DNA of 48,507 bases from a virus. Taxonomy: Duplodnaviria; Caudoviricetes. Shown piece after piece: positions 9,690-21,300 of this stretch. The DNA lies in the IMG/VR virus record IMGVR_UViG_3300034073_003137, positions 1 through 48,507 of that record; one strand, 5' to 3'. Below the pieces are notes generated by a model that worked only from the letters and a program-made list of their open reading frames with translations, did no database searches and was not told where the DNA came from. The translations under genes were made by a program, and so were the position numbers. Numbering within the stretch: the first letter of the stretch is position 1; each line of letters starts with the position of its first letter.

Positions 9690-11302
9690 TCATCAAGTAT
9701 TTCAACCTCTTCTCCCATAGGTTTTACATAGTTTTTATTTGCTCCCAATTTTCCTCCACTTCCTCCTTTATTCGCATAAAGTATAGGTTCTCCTGGAGTA
9801 AAATCTGCAATTCTATGAGTTACTACTCTAGATCCTGGATAAATTTTTTGTATCTCATCGGATATTTCAGATCTAGATGGAACTTTTGCTTGTGGGAAAA
9901 ATACTTGTATTGAATAATACTTACCTCTCCAAGATAAAGTTACAAAAACATTATTTCCTGTTTTTGCAGGCATTCTTGCTGCCTCATCAACGCAGTTTGG
10001 AACTTCTTTTCCATCTTTTATTTTTGTTGGAGGATTTCCTAATTTTTTACCTTTCCAACATTTAGTCGCTCCAACATTTTTTCTTGCTTGCTCAATACCC
10101 TCTTCTATATCTAATGTTTTTGGGTATCCTTTTTGTCCCGGTTTTTTTCTAGGTAAACCTTTTTTTCTACGATTATGGATATTTGCCCAAAGACCAGGAT
10201 TCTCTTCTTCTATAGATCCAGATTTAATAATATCAATAAATTCGACATAATAATTTCCATCAGCATCCCTCACTATGGAACTCTCTTTTTGAGTCTCCAT
10301 CTTTTTGAGTTTAGTGTAATAATTTGGAAGTTCATCTAAATGCTGAAGTGCTGTTATTCTTGCCTCACTTTTACTTGTAGTATGTTCAAATTCAACTTTT
10401 GTCCCAATTTCTAATTGCTTTTTAATTTCTTCAACAGAAACTCCGTGTTTTTTAGCAATTTCTTCTGGTGTTTTGTAAGATTTTGTAGGACCTTTTGGAT
10501 CCTTTTCTTCTGACATTGGGCACTTTTTCTTTCCGTGAATAGGGCAGGGTTTTCCTTCACCAGTATGAGCACAAGATTCTCCAACTGGTTTACCTATTCC
10601 AACTTCAGTTGGTTTAACTTTTTGTCCAGGAACTTTCATTCCCTCAGGCAAAGTCTTACATACTTTATCAGTATTACACCAATACATCCCCTTTCCACAC
10701 TTTTCTTCTCCGAGAATTTTTTCTACTAAAGAAATTTCTTCTTTGAATGGAAGAGAAGGACCTTTTAATTTTGACTTAGCAACTTTTGCTTCATTTGGAT
10801 TTGGACTTTTAGTTAGACCTCTTATTTTTGCTTGTTTTTGGGTTGTTCTATGAGATTTGGGATCAATAGTATGACTTATTTGTTCTTCAACCTTTTCATC
10901 ACTTTGAAGATACTCTGCTGCAGTATCAATATAGTCTGCTGCTTTTGTGATTTTTGATTGAACCCAAGCAGGGAGTTGCTGTTTACCAGACTTTATAGAC
11001 TTTCTAAGATTTTGAACTGCGTTCTCAATTGAATCCAATTCATTTCTTGCCATATAACCTTCATCATCTGGTTTTTCCCCAGATGCAATTTCTTTATGGT
11101 CTTCGTGAATTTTTTTCATTTTCCCCTTGATCCAATCGTCTGGTGTCTTTTTATATTTATTTTTAAAAGAATTATGAAGTTCTTTAGCAGTGACATTATA
11201 TGATTTCATAATTTTTCTCATTAGACTGTCAATAGAATCATAAGAAATATTATCTAATTCTAATAGTTTTTTCTTTAATTCTAATACTGCTTGATCTAGC
11301 AT
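9680..11302 (-). CDS. modular Lys/Glu-rich putative internal head protein (540 aa) with a DUF5661-like segment
   Basis: Lies between g16 and g17; short modules separated by hydrophobic-x-E motifs; GTKVEFEHT...QHLDELPNYYTKL segment. Confidence 0.75.
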   Translation of the reverse strand: MLDQAVLELKKKLLELDNISYDSIDSLMRKIMKSYNVTAKELHNSFKNKYKKTPDDWIKGKMKKIHEDHKEIASGEKPDDEGYMARNELDSIENAVQNLRKSIKSGKQQLPAWVQSKITKAADYIDTAAEYLQSDEKVEEQISHTIDPKSHRTTQKQAKIRGLTKSPNPNEAKVAKSKLKGPSLPFKEEISLVEKILGEEKCGKGMYWCNTDKVCKTLPEGMKVPGQKVKPTEVGIGKPVGESCAHTGEGKPCPIHGKKKCPMSEEKDPKGPTKSYKTPEEIAKKHGVSVEEIKKQLEIGTKVEFEHTTSKSEARITALQHLDELPNYYTKLKKMETQKESSIVRDADGNYYVEFIDIIKSGSIEEENPGLWANIHNRRKKGLPRKKPGQKGYPKTLDIEEGIEQARKNVGATKCWKGKKLGNPPTKIKDGKEVPNCVDEAARMPAKTGNNVFVTLSWRGKYYSIQVFFPQAKVPSRSEISDEIQKIYPGSRVVTHRIADFTPGEPILYANKGGSGGKLGANKNYVKPMGEEVEILDEKK

Positions 11303-11304
11303 AT

Positions 11305-11745
11305 TTATTTTTCTTCTGGTGTTAACTTATTTTTTAATAACTTTGATAGTTCAGCAGTAGATCCAACAAACAAAGCATTTGTCACATTAGTAGGACCACT
11401 AGATTGCTTAACTTCTTCTATATCTTTTAATTTCTTTTGTAGTTCCATTAATTTATCTGTTGCATCAGAAACATTCTTAATTAATTGACCAACTACTTCA
11501 TATGCTCTTGGAGACTCAGTTTCTTGTGCAAGTTCTAGAACACTATTAATTGCCTCTTGCCCCTTTTCAATTATGGAATAAAAATTTCCCCTAGAGTATT
11601 CATAATCTTTCTTTATATCACTAATTAATGATTTAGGATCCTCTTCAGAATCAACTTTTTCTAATTTAGAAAAATTTAAATCTTTTGACACAATTTCACT
11701 TGAAACATTAAACACTTCATTTAACTTATCGAATTTTTTAGACAT
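11305..11745 (-). CDS. g16: terminase small subunit gp16 (cyanophage type)
   Basis: DYEYSRGNFY, SPRAYEV and TNALFVGSTAEL motifs; downstream of g15; probable ATG at 11745 (MSKKFD). Confidence 0.85.
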   Translation of the reverse strand: MSKKFDKLNEVFNVSSEIVSKDLNFSKLEKVDSEEDPKSLISDIKKDYEYSRGNFYSIIEKGQEAINSVLELAQETESPRAYEVVGQLIKNVSDATDKLMELQKKLKDIEEVKQSSGPTNVTNALFVGSTAELSKLLKNKLTPEEK

Positions 11746-11749
11746 AAGT

Positions 11750-12754
11750 TTAACCAAAATCTAACCCACTAAATCCAAAATCATCTCCAATTTGTATTAG
11801 AGCATTATCCTGTGCTGTGATTACTTTAACCTCAGATCCAGAAACGTGACTTGTTATTGGAGTTCCATAAGAACCTCTAACAACATTAAGAACATTTCCA
11901 TTTTTACTGGAAACATATAAAGTCTCATTATTTATAGTAAAATAAGATTTTTCTGGTATGTTAGAAGCATTCTGCACTTCTATCATTGTAGAATCAATGT
12001 GAACGTCATTACTTAATATAGTAGTAGCTTGATCACTATAACTTCTTGTTGCTACTGGTTCAACTGAATAAGTAAGATCTCTTGAAACAGATCTGGTGTC
12101 CCCAGAAACAAATCCAAGAGAAACTTTTTTGATAATATCCTTGGATGCACCACTGAATACTGGTCCAAACAAGTAAACTTTAGCTGTAAATTTGAGGGTA
12201 TATATTAAAGCTCTTCTTGTAGTGAAATCACCTTCATAATCATCTTGCATTAGAATACTATTCAATACAATAGGGACATCTCTTTTTTCTCCTATTGTCT
12301 CGATTAAATTTATTGATAATGTATATGAAGGTTGAAAATATGGCAAAATTTGCTCAATAATTTGAAGCATATCATCATTAAACTTAGTAAAGATATTTAA
12401 TTCAAAATCCATATTGTATGGAACCGGCATATAAGTTTTCTTTATATCAGTTGAATCTGTTACTGACTTAGATAAAAAACTTTGTGTAGTTGTTAATTTT
12501 CTTGACTGATCATAAGATAATCCATTAAATTCAAACGACATTCTTGGCAATGTTATTTGAACTGGACTATTTAAATTTGGTTGCTGCTCTACCCTTGCCA
12601 AAAACTTTTGAATTGGACCATAAGCAAGAGGCACTTTTATTAAAGAAGTTGTTTGACCTTGATCATTGGATTGTTTAATGGTTATATCATTAAATAATGA
12701 ACCAAATCCTATGATTGTTTTTCTAAATATTTCGTGATAGAAGTATTCAAACAT
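11750..12754 (-). CDS. g15: tail sheath stabilizer/terminator gp15 with a C-terminal accessory domain
   Basis: YFYHEIFRKTIIGFGSLFNDI, VPLAYGP, LPRMSFE and QIIEQILPYFQP motifs. Confidence 0.95.
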   Translation of the reverse strand: MFEYFYHEIFRKTIIGFGSLFNDITIKQSNDQGQTTSLIKVPLAYGPIQKFLARVEQQPNLNSPVQITLPRMSFEFNGLSYDQSRKLTTTQSFLSKSVTDSTDIKKTYMPVPYNMDFELNIFTKFNDDMLQIIEQILPYFQPSYTLSINLIETIGEKRDVPIVLNSILMQDDYEGDFTTRRALIYTLKFTAKVYLFGPVFSGASKDIIKKVSLGFVSGDTRSVSRDLTYSVEPVATRSYSDQATTILSNDVHIDSTMIEVQNASNIPEKSYFTINNETLYVSSKNGNVLNVVRGSYGTPITSHVSGSEVKVITAQDNALIQIGDDFGFSGLDFG

Positions 12755-12786
12755 TGGCTTGCTCTTGTTATACTATATTTAACATT

Positions 12787-14217
12787 TTAAGGTATTCCAA
12801 AGGGATTTGCTTCACTAAAGTCTAATATATCATCAGCTTCTTGTTGAATTACATCATTTTGTCCATAATTATCATTTAATCTATTTAAATTAGTAGATCT
12901 AATACTGTAAGTAGCATTAGATTCTTCTCCAGTCACAGTTTCTCCAGAAATAAAGACACCAGTAGAATTTGAAACTTCTAATACCTTCGTTAAAATATTC
13001 CAGGATTTTACAATTGCCGTAGCACCACTTGAACTTCCTACTACTTTTTCGTTATACTTATAAGTTCCAAATCCAACGATAGTTTCTGGAGAACTTATGA
13101 GAACTTGTGGAGATACTGTATATCCAAGACCAGCATTTATTATTCTGATTTGAGATACTTCTCCAGCAGGATTTAATATAGCTACGGCTTGAGCAGCAAT
13201 AGATGACACTCCCACAAAAGTCACAGATGGAGGATTAACATAACCAGATCCCCTATCAGTGATATTAATTGGACCAACAATACCATCTCCTATTGTTGAG
13301 AATGCTTCTGCTCCAGATCCACCACCTCCATTAAAAGAAACTTTCGGAGGAGTTATATATCCATAACCTGGGTCAGTTATTTCTACACCTTGAACTCTTA
13401 ACAAGGTTGGACTTGGTTCGCATAAGTCAACAATTCCTCCTATCATTGTTGCAATTCCAGAGGCAGTTCCATTAAATGTGGGAGAGGCAGAAAATGAAAC
13501 GGTTGGACTTGTTTTATATCCAGAACCTCTATTAGTGACTGTAACTAATCTAACTCCACCATTTCTAATTTGAGTTGTTGCAGTAGCAGTATTTCCAATT
13601 CCTATTAACTGTAAGGTTTGGGTCACACTGTACTGGTCTCTTCCTTCTAGGTCATCTCCGGTGCCGTCAGTGTCATATCCACCACTTAGAGGATCATCAA
13701 TGAATTCTAGTCCAGTATTAATAATTTCATTTTGATATCTGAAGAGTTCACATCTTAACTCATACACATAATTTTTTCTTAGTTGATAAAAAGGTTTTTC
13801 GTGCTCTACAAATTTAATTTCAAACAATCTATTTCCAAATGGAAAATAGATTAAATCCCCCTCCTTTGGTCTACTAGAAAGTTTTATATCAGGAAGATTT
13901 TTAATTAACTCACGAATGTAAATGTCATACCTATCTTTTGAAATTATAAGATTCAAATCATCAATATCTTGAACACCAAATTTAGAAAGAATTGTTCCCT
14001 GACCTGCAAATCCATCATAAGAATCAATATAAGCTTCAATTGGATAAGCAAAATTAAATTGTGATTCTACTACTTCTTTTACTACAGTTTTTTCAGTTAT
14101 ATACTGCCTAGGTAAGTAATAGACATCAACTCCATAAATTTTTAACTGCTCATTTACAAGATCTTGAATTAGATTTTGCTCTGATTTTGATCCTTGAAGA
14201 AAGAATGGATTTAACAT
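12787..14217 (-). CDS. g14: neck protein gp14 with inserted Gly-rich beta repeats
   Basis: YGVDVYYLPR, RPKEGDLIYFP, FEIKFVEHEKPFYQL motifs and C-terminal DFSEANPFG. Confidence 0.95.
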   Translation of the reverse strand: MLNPFFLQGSKSEQNLIQDLVNEQLKIYGVDVYYLPRQYITEKTVVKEVVESQFNFAYPIEAYIDSYDGFAGQGTILSKFGVQDIDDLNLIISKDRYDIYIRELIKNLPDIKLSSRPKEGDLIYFPFGNRLFEIKFVEHEKPFYQLRKNYVYELRCELFRYQNEIINTGLEFIDDPLSGGYDTDGTGDDLEGRDQYSVTQTLQLIGIGNTATATTQIRNGGVRLVTVTNRGSGYKTSPTVSFSASPTFNGTASGIATMIGGIVDLCEPSPTLLRVQGVEITDPGYGYITPPKVSFNGGGGSGAEAFSTIGDGIVGPINITDRGSGYVNPPSVTFVGVSSIAAQAVAILNPAGEVSQIRIINAGLGYTVSPQVLISSPETIVGFGTYKYNEKVVGSSSGATAIVKSWNILTKVLEVSNSTGVFISGETVTGEESNATYSIRSTNLNRLNDNYGQNDVIQQEADDILDFSEANPFGIP

Positions 14218-14221
14218 ATGT

Positions 14222-15064
14222 TTATCCTATCATATCTAATGGAGGAAGTTCATATGTTAAGAACATTTTCTCAAGTATAATGTCTATTTCTCTTTGACCA
14301 TCATCGTATAATTGTCTGCCATTCAATTCAATACCACCGGGAAGTTTAACTCCTTGGAATTTAATAAGATTTTGTCCCCACTGTTTTTTAATTAAAGCAG
14401 TTAAATATTCTTTCAAAAATGAATCATTCCAAACTTTTGAAAAATCATTTGGATCCATCATTCTATAACAATCAATGACTAAAATTTCTCCTGGTCTTAA
14501 TGATCCCCAATCAATATCTAGATATAGTCTATCTTGTCTTTTATTAAATCTAATTTGTTTTTGAGTTGTCAATAACCAATTTAAATCTTCAAGATAAGTT
14601 TTTACCATTGAATAGGTTAAAAGATCAATTGATCCCCAATAATAAATGTCATTTAAAAATATTTGATACTTAATGCTAAACATTCCACTTGAAAGTGTAT
14701 TAGACCCTTCAAATTGGAATATTTTATTAACACCAATTACGTGAGGAGGTATTGGTAAATAATTTCCAGTTTCATAATAGTTAAAATCTGTGGGAGTTCC
14801 TGTTATATTTGCAGAAACTGTAGAAGTAGTAACTCCGACTGAATCAAAAGTTTTAGATCTTCCTCTTTGAATATCTTCTTGGGTTACTTCATACTTAAGA
14901 AAAGTCTGATAAACACCATCAAAGTGCCTTTCCTGAAATAACTGAATGGCATCATCGACAAGATCCTCTATCTGCTCTTGAGCAACGTTTATTTCAAGAA
15001 CAGGAGCACCTAGTTTTCTTAGACAATAATCGATTAATTCTTGTCGGGTTGATGGTTGTGCCAT
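14222..15064 (-). CDS. g13: neck protein gp13
   Basis: LIDYCLRKLGAPVLEINV and QWGQNLIKFQGVKLPGGIELNG motifs. Confidence 0.96.
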   Translation of the reverse strand: MAQPSTRQELIDYCLRKLGAPVLEINVAQEQIEDLVDDAIQLFQERHFDGVYQTFLKYEVTQEDIQRGRSKTFDSVGVTTSTVSANITGTPTDFNYYETGNYLPIPPHVIGVNKIFQFEGSNTLSSGMFSIKYQIFLNDIYYWGSIDLLTYSMVKTYLEDLNWLLTTQKQIRFNKRQDRLYLDIDWGSLRPGEILVIDCYRMMDPNDFSKVWNDSFLKEYLTALIKKQWGQNLIKFQGVKLPGGIELNGRQLYDDGQREIDIILEKMFLTYELPPLDMIG

Positions 15065-15096
15065 TAGAATTATCAGTACCTATATTATCTATAATA

Positions 15097-15321
15097 TTAT
15101 TGATTTAATATAGATTTCAGCATACTTTTAATTTCATTAATGTCATCTTTTAACTTTAGAACCTCTTCTTCAAGATTAAGATGATTTTCTTTTTCTTTTC
15201 TTTTTTGTTCTTTTAATCTCAAATAATTATTATATTGAGATCTACTAACATTTATAATTGAGTTTGTTTCAGGGTCTCTTAAGAGACCCAATTGATCTTT
15301 TATGGGGATTAAATCAGACAT
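15097..15321 (-). CDS. conserved hypothetical protein (74 aa) with a coiled-coil C-terminus
   Basis: LLRDPETNSIIN...LKDDINEIKSMLKSIL; collinear ORF between the VrlC-like gene and g13. Confidence 0.75.
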   Translation of the reverse strand: MSDLIPIKDQLGLLRDPETNSIINVSRSQYNNYLRLKEQKRKEKENHLNLEEEVLKLKDDINEIKSMLKSILNQ

Positions 15322-15323
15322 AA

Positions 15324-18300
15324 TTATGCTAATGCAATTGCTCTAACGTCTTTCAATTGAGGAACATATGATTGGTTAGTAGAAGTCATAACTAATTTTA
15401 TTCTATAGTATGTGAATGATGGTAAATTATTTGCAGTAAATTCATACTCTACAAAATTATTATTTTCAAAGTCTAAAATAGAATTTTTTTCAGTGAATAT
15501 ATCTGGTCTACCATCACTATTTTCTGGGTTAACAGTTTCTAACAAATTATTTAAATTATTATATCCAGGGAATAATTCAAATACTGGATCTGAATTTTCC
15601 TTATTGTCAATTGAATATAAAGCTCTCATATCAGAATAGATATTAATATCTGCAGATACATATAACTTCAAAGATGTAGCTGGATTTTGTAATCTTATAG
15701 ATTTTGTTACATATAAAAATGCATTTTGATCTCTCACTAAAGAGTTTACTCTATTATCTCCTGGATATTCATTATCTCCAACTATTTTATTAACTCTGTT
15801 AGTTGTAGTAATAATACTAGTTCTTGTTAAATCAATACAAGGGGATAGTCTTGAATCTGCTGAAGACAAGGTTAGCAATACATTAAGTGATTTATTTCCA
15901 GGCAACTCTGTCAATAGATTACTTTCATTCACAGAGGAACAAATCAGTCTTGGGGTTGGGAAATAATTATAAACTCCTAAACTAATTGGACTAAATCCTT
16001 GATCAACGAAAGACTCTTCGTTTCCAGAAATACTTTTTCCACTAACTGTTCTAACTTGACTTGATATGTTAGTAGATCCTGGAGTAAAAGTTTCAATTAT
16101 TGGTGTAAGTAATTCAAATTGCATATTTTGGGTGCAAGAAACATCAACTCCACCATCAAATTTACTGTCTCTGAAATAAAGAGCAGGTTTTAAACTAGAA
16201 GAAGGAGTTCTATCAGCAATTTCTAATGTAGAATCTTCACTTGTAAATGCTTCTTGACTTAATCTTAAAGTATAATAATCTAATCCAATTGCATTATCAA
16301 TAGTAGCATCTTCCAATCTATGAGTTTTATTTATTCTTAATAAAGAAACTCCATTTATTTCATATTTCCTAATTTCACTCTCTACAGAATGAGAAGAAAT
16401 AATGGTATTATCTATTCCTCTTTCTGTGATATTTAAAGAGTTATTACTAACACTGGTATATTTAATAATTTCTCCATCAATTATTGCATAACCTGGATTT
16501 GTTGGAGATACATTAAGACCTTCAAAAGTTGTGAAATTATCAGAATTGGTTACACTTAGAGATCCAACAAATACACTTGATAGATCAGAGTTTATTTTTG
16601 ATGGAGGTACATCTGGAGTCACTCCACTTAATTGAACATAATTTAATGTAGAATGCATTCCGTGATTTAAATGTCTTACTCTAAAGTGCAATCCATCATT
16701 TTCAACAATAATTGGAGAAATTGGAGTAATATTTCCTCCACTACCAGAATTTAACTGAACAAAGTTTCCAGATGAATTTACAAATTGAAGTGTATTACCT
16801 ACTCCTACTCCAGTATTAAATTCACCTTGAACATCCTCTAAAATAATTTCATTAAAAGAACTTACTATTCCTACAGAAATTCTTAAATTTCTTCCAAGAT
16901 TATCTGCTCCTAAATTATTTACAGTTAATACATCACCAACTTGATATCCATATCCTCCAGTAACTATTGTAGCACCTATGGCAACTCCATCTTGGATGGT
17001 AATATCTGCAGTAGCACCATTTCCAGATCCGGTGATTGATATTAGTGGAATATTTGAGTATAATAAGGATCCACTGGAAGGAGTATATCCTATGCCAGGG
17101 TTGTCTATATTAATTCCAGAACCTCCTGGAGCAGTTCCTCCTGTGGCAAGTCCAACCTTACCAGCATAAATTCCAAAAGCACCACTACTTGATTGAAAAA
17201 CTGTGCTTCCAACTGGAAAATTAGAATCAGATTCTGTTATTGTATTAGACAATCCTACTCTAATTTTTCTAGAAATAAAATCTAGAGGATTATTTGTTAA
17301 TGTTGGAATTTGAGCATTCCCCTTAGTTAGTTGGGGATTATAGAAATTAATTGTTCCAGGATTTGTGCTAAATTCAGCACGATACAAGGTAAATTTCAAA
17401 TCTTCATATTGACTTGGAGTCCAAGTTGAGGCATTTTGAGATTTAAATAATGATCCTAGTATTGGTTGTGTAGTTATTCTTTCCCCTGTCAAAGTATCTG
17501 TTGGAGGTATAAACTCCCCTTCATCATCACCTTCAGGATCTCTTCCTAGTATAGATGAAATCCAAACAAAATATGAAGTTGAATTAGAAAGTAATACAAC
17601 TGCATATTCTTGACTTCCTTCTATATAAACTGGACTTTCAAACTCAAAAGTAGTTGGAACAGATGCATCGTCAGAAATATTAACTTGATCAGGGGTTAGA
17701 GTAACTTCACTAAAAGGTAATATTGTTTGAGTAGGAGTTCCCAAATCCATAGTTCTAATCTGACAAGATACTGGAATCGAAGCATCTTTAGATTGGAAAT
17801 ATACATCAATTTTAGTTAAATATACTCCACTAGGTTCATCACAGGCAAATGATTGTGCTAGTGGATCAATATAAAGACCAGTAAATTGAGTTTCAGTCTT
17901 AGTTTGACTTCCCGCTGCTATTGAAGTAACTTTTGCATTTCTTATTGAAAGAATTTTTTCTTGTATTTTCTGAGTTTTTCCTTCAGCAAAATAATTAGTT
18001 TCTGCTGCAGTTCCTCCAGATCCAGGAATAAAGGTGTTATCACTATCACTGGTTAGTCTAAATGATCTTATTCCAGATTTAAATTTTAAATTTTGAATAA
18101 TATTTGGGTTAGGAATAAAGAAAGATCCTACAATATCACCAAAATTATCACTAACCAGTGAAATATTACTAACAGTAGCAATTGCCTTACTTGTTCTTCC
18201 TACTAAAGTGTAATCTTTTTTAATTAGTCCGTAATATGAAGTATCGGACATCAATGACATTGATGCAGTATCAACATTTAATAATGTAGAAGTTGAAGAG

Positions 18301-21300
18301 TATGAAGAAGGAATAGTTTGCCCTATATTGTAAGGATTTTCAGTAAATGTTTGAGATGGAGAATCAAATTTTCCTTTTTTATGATTTGGAGTTGCTAATC
18401 TAAAAGAACCTAAAATGGAAGATTGTCCTGATATTTTAATATCAACCGTTTCTCCAACAATAAATGTTCCAGAATTCATTGTTATTTGAACTAACTTTGG
18501 AAAACATTCATTTGTCACATTAACTCCATCAAAAAATGCATAAAGTTTAGTATTTGGTTTTAACTTATCTGCTCTAAACTCTACATTTCTTGATCTTATA
18601 TATGGTTGTATATCTACAGAAACTACTGAAGAACCTAAAGATTGAGTTTCAAATGTTTCAGTTACTTTTAATTGGGTTCCACTTCTTCCATATAAAGCAT
18701 CTACAACTTGAACGTATAAACCTGTAGTTGGAATTACTCCTGCATTAGACGCAGCTCTACTTCCACCTACCCAAGTAAATTTGGATGGATTGGCAGTTTG
18801 TTCTGCCGTAAAGGCATTTCTAAGTGCTTCAGATTCTGCTGTCCCTCCTTGGGATTGGGTTCTAGCATCAGCCCACCTTGGAGTTCCATAACCAAGTAAA
18901 GACCAAGACCCCCAAACAACTGGACCTAATCCAGTCTGTGGATTTACCCCTTCAGTTAATGCTAATTGATTTAACGTTGACAAATAATTTCCTTCCATTT
19001 CAATTGTCAACGGATCTAATCTAACTGTATCTATCCATATATCTGAAGAAGGATTAAGTTTAATATCTCCTTCCCAGAAAGTTAAGATATATGGTTGAAC
19101 ATTTTCTACTCTAGTTGCATAAGGTTGCTTAATAAATTCTTTATCAGTATAAGTTAATGTTATAATATCTCCAGACTTTCTTATATTAGATCCAATTATG
19201 TCTTCGCTTGATATATTTTGGAGGTCCTCATTTGTAGTTGCACCAATTCCAAGTCCACCTTTTGTTGCAAGTAAAAGATCAATTGAAGTAGTATAATGAG
19301 ATGGTCTTAATGTATTAAAGAATGGATCTACTGAATTTCTAATTCCAATCCTATCTTCTTGTGTAGACAAAGAACTGAAATTATCAACAAAAAATCCAGA
19401 TTTAAATCTATTAAGTCCAGAAGAATCTAAAATTTGTAAATTTGAGGTTTCAGATTCCAACAATGATAAAGTAGTATAATATTCTAGATTTTTAATCCTA
19501 GTTTCAAGTTTTGAGATATCTGACATTTGATATCTCTTATAATCAAACGATGTTATTGATGCCTTTTTAGTATCATAAAGGTATGGGGGAAGAAATATAT
19601 TTGCTATTTCTAATGATTCATCTACTGGTTGTGGTGGTTTTGGATTTTCATCGGGAACACCGGATTTAACAATAAATTCTCCATTTCTATTGACAAATAT
19701 TCTATCTATTCTTGGTAGATAAAAATTATAGTTTAAAAGTATGGATTCATCAGAAGCTAAAATATTAGTTGAACTATTTCCTTGCTGATTAAATTTTCTT
19801 CCTTCAAATTCAAATGGTGATCTTTCATTTAAAGCAACTGTATAATCAGAAACTCTAGGTCTTATATCAACAATATCAGTTACTCTATATCCATTATGAT
19901 AAGAAATTTCATTCTTATAATCAAATAACTGATAAGAATTTGCCGTTGTAATATCCCCATCATCTTGAGAATCATAATATGCATATTCAAAGTATACTTT
20001 TATTTTTTTCTGAGGTTCTAAAATTCCTTCGTTTCTAATAATTCTTCCATAGTCATAAAATGTATCTCTTTGTCCATTATCAAAAGTAAAAGATTTTGTT
20101 ATATTTTTGCTTGGGGTTTCTAAAGAACTTATTATTGCAACTACTCCAGATTCTTTAAATTCTACAGTTTCTCCAATTGTAAATGTTGAATCGTTTTGAT
20201 AAACAAATGTAATTTGATTAGATGATGGTAATTCTGCAAGTATTGCAATAGAATTACTGCTTTTACCTATAATTTTTTCACCAATTACTAAATCAATTGT
20301 AGATGCATTAGGACTTACTATTGTAGATAAAACAGCATTTGGTGCTGATGGGGTAGAAATATCTAGAGACTCAAAAATACCATAAACTTTTATTATATCG
20401 GGAACATTTAATGATATTTCTTTATCTTGAACTCTTGTTCCATATGGATAATTTCCAAATTGTAACCCATCATTTCTTGTAGTGGTTCCAATTCCAGAAG
20501 TAGTGACAGTAGATTTATCTACTACTAAAGTTCTAACTCTTGCTTTTTTCTTTATTTTTGATTTTACATTAATTTTTCTTAATGTTGCAATTAAATTTGC
20601 CCCTGTACTACTGGAAGCATTCAACCCCTTAATTTGTAATTGTCTTCCATCAGAAGAAATTTGAACTTTATCTTCTGATAGTGGTTCTAATGTTCCATCA
20701 GAAGTAAATAAGGAATATCTTTCTTCATCATAAGGTAGGAAAAATTCATTTGTATCTGCCTGAATTGTTTCAGTAGAATTGCTAGTTATATTTACTGTAT
20801 ATTGTTTTCGTATGTTTAAATTGGAATTCGTCAAATCAACATCAGATACATTCTGTTTTGATAATGGAGAATATAAGAAATTATTAGACCCCTGCAAATA
20901 ATTTGTTGTTAAAACAGTTAAATCAGTAACTGAAATATTTGAGGTTGGAAGTTTTCCTTCACAAACACCAACAATAGTTGATACTCCAACAATTTTTGCA
21001 AATGTTGATATATCATCAGTAAATAATTCTGTAATTTTTGCATAATTACGTGTCGCAGCCGTAGAAGAATTAGTAAAACTTATGACATCATTTACTTTTA
21101 AATTATCCAAATAATCTAATCCAGGAATAGTAATAGTTGAAATTCCTGCAGATGATGCTCTAGTTATTGAACAAATTCCGATAGTATAAAAATTACTTTG
21201 TATTGTATCCCCATTAAAAATATATGAAGAATCATCAGAATAAATTGATTTAACATCTGAGATACTATAAGAAGTTACTGCTACTGCAACTCTACTATTT

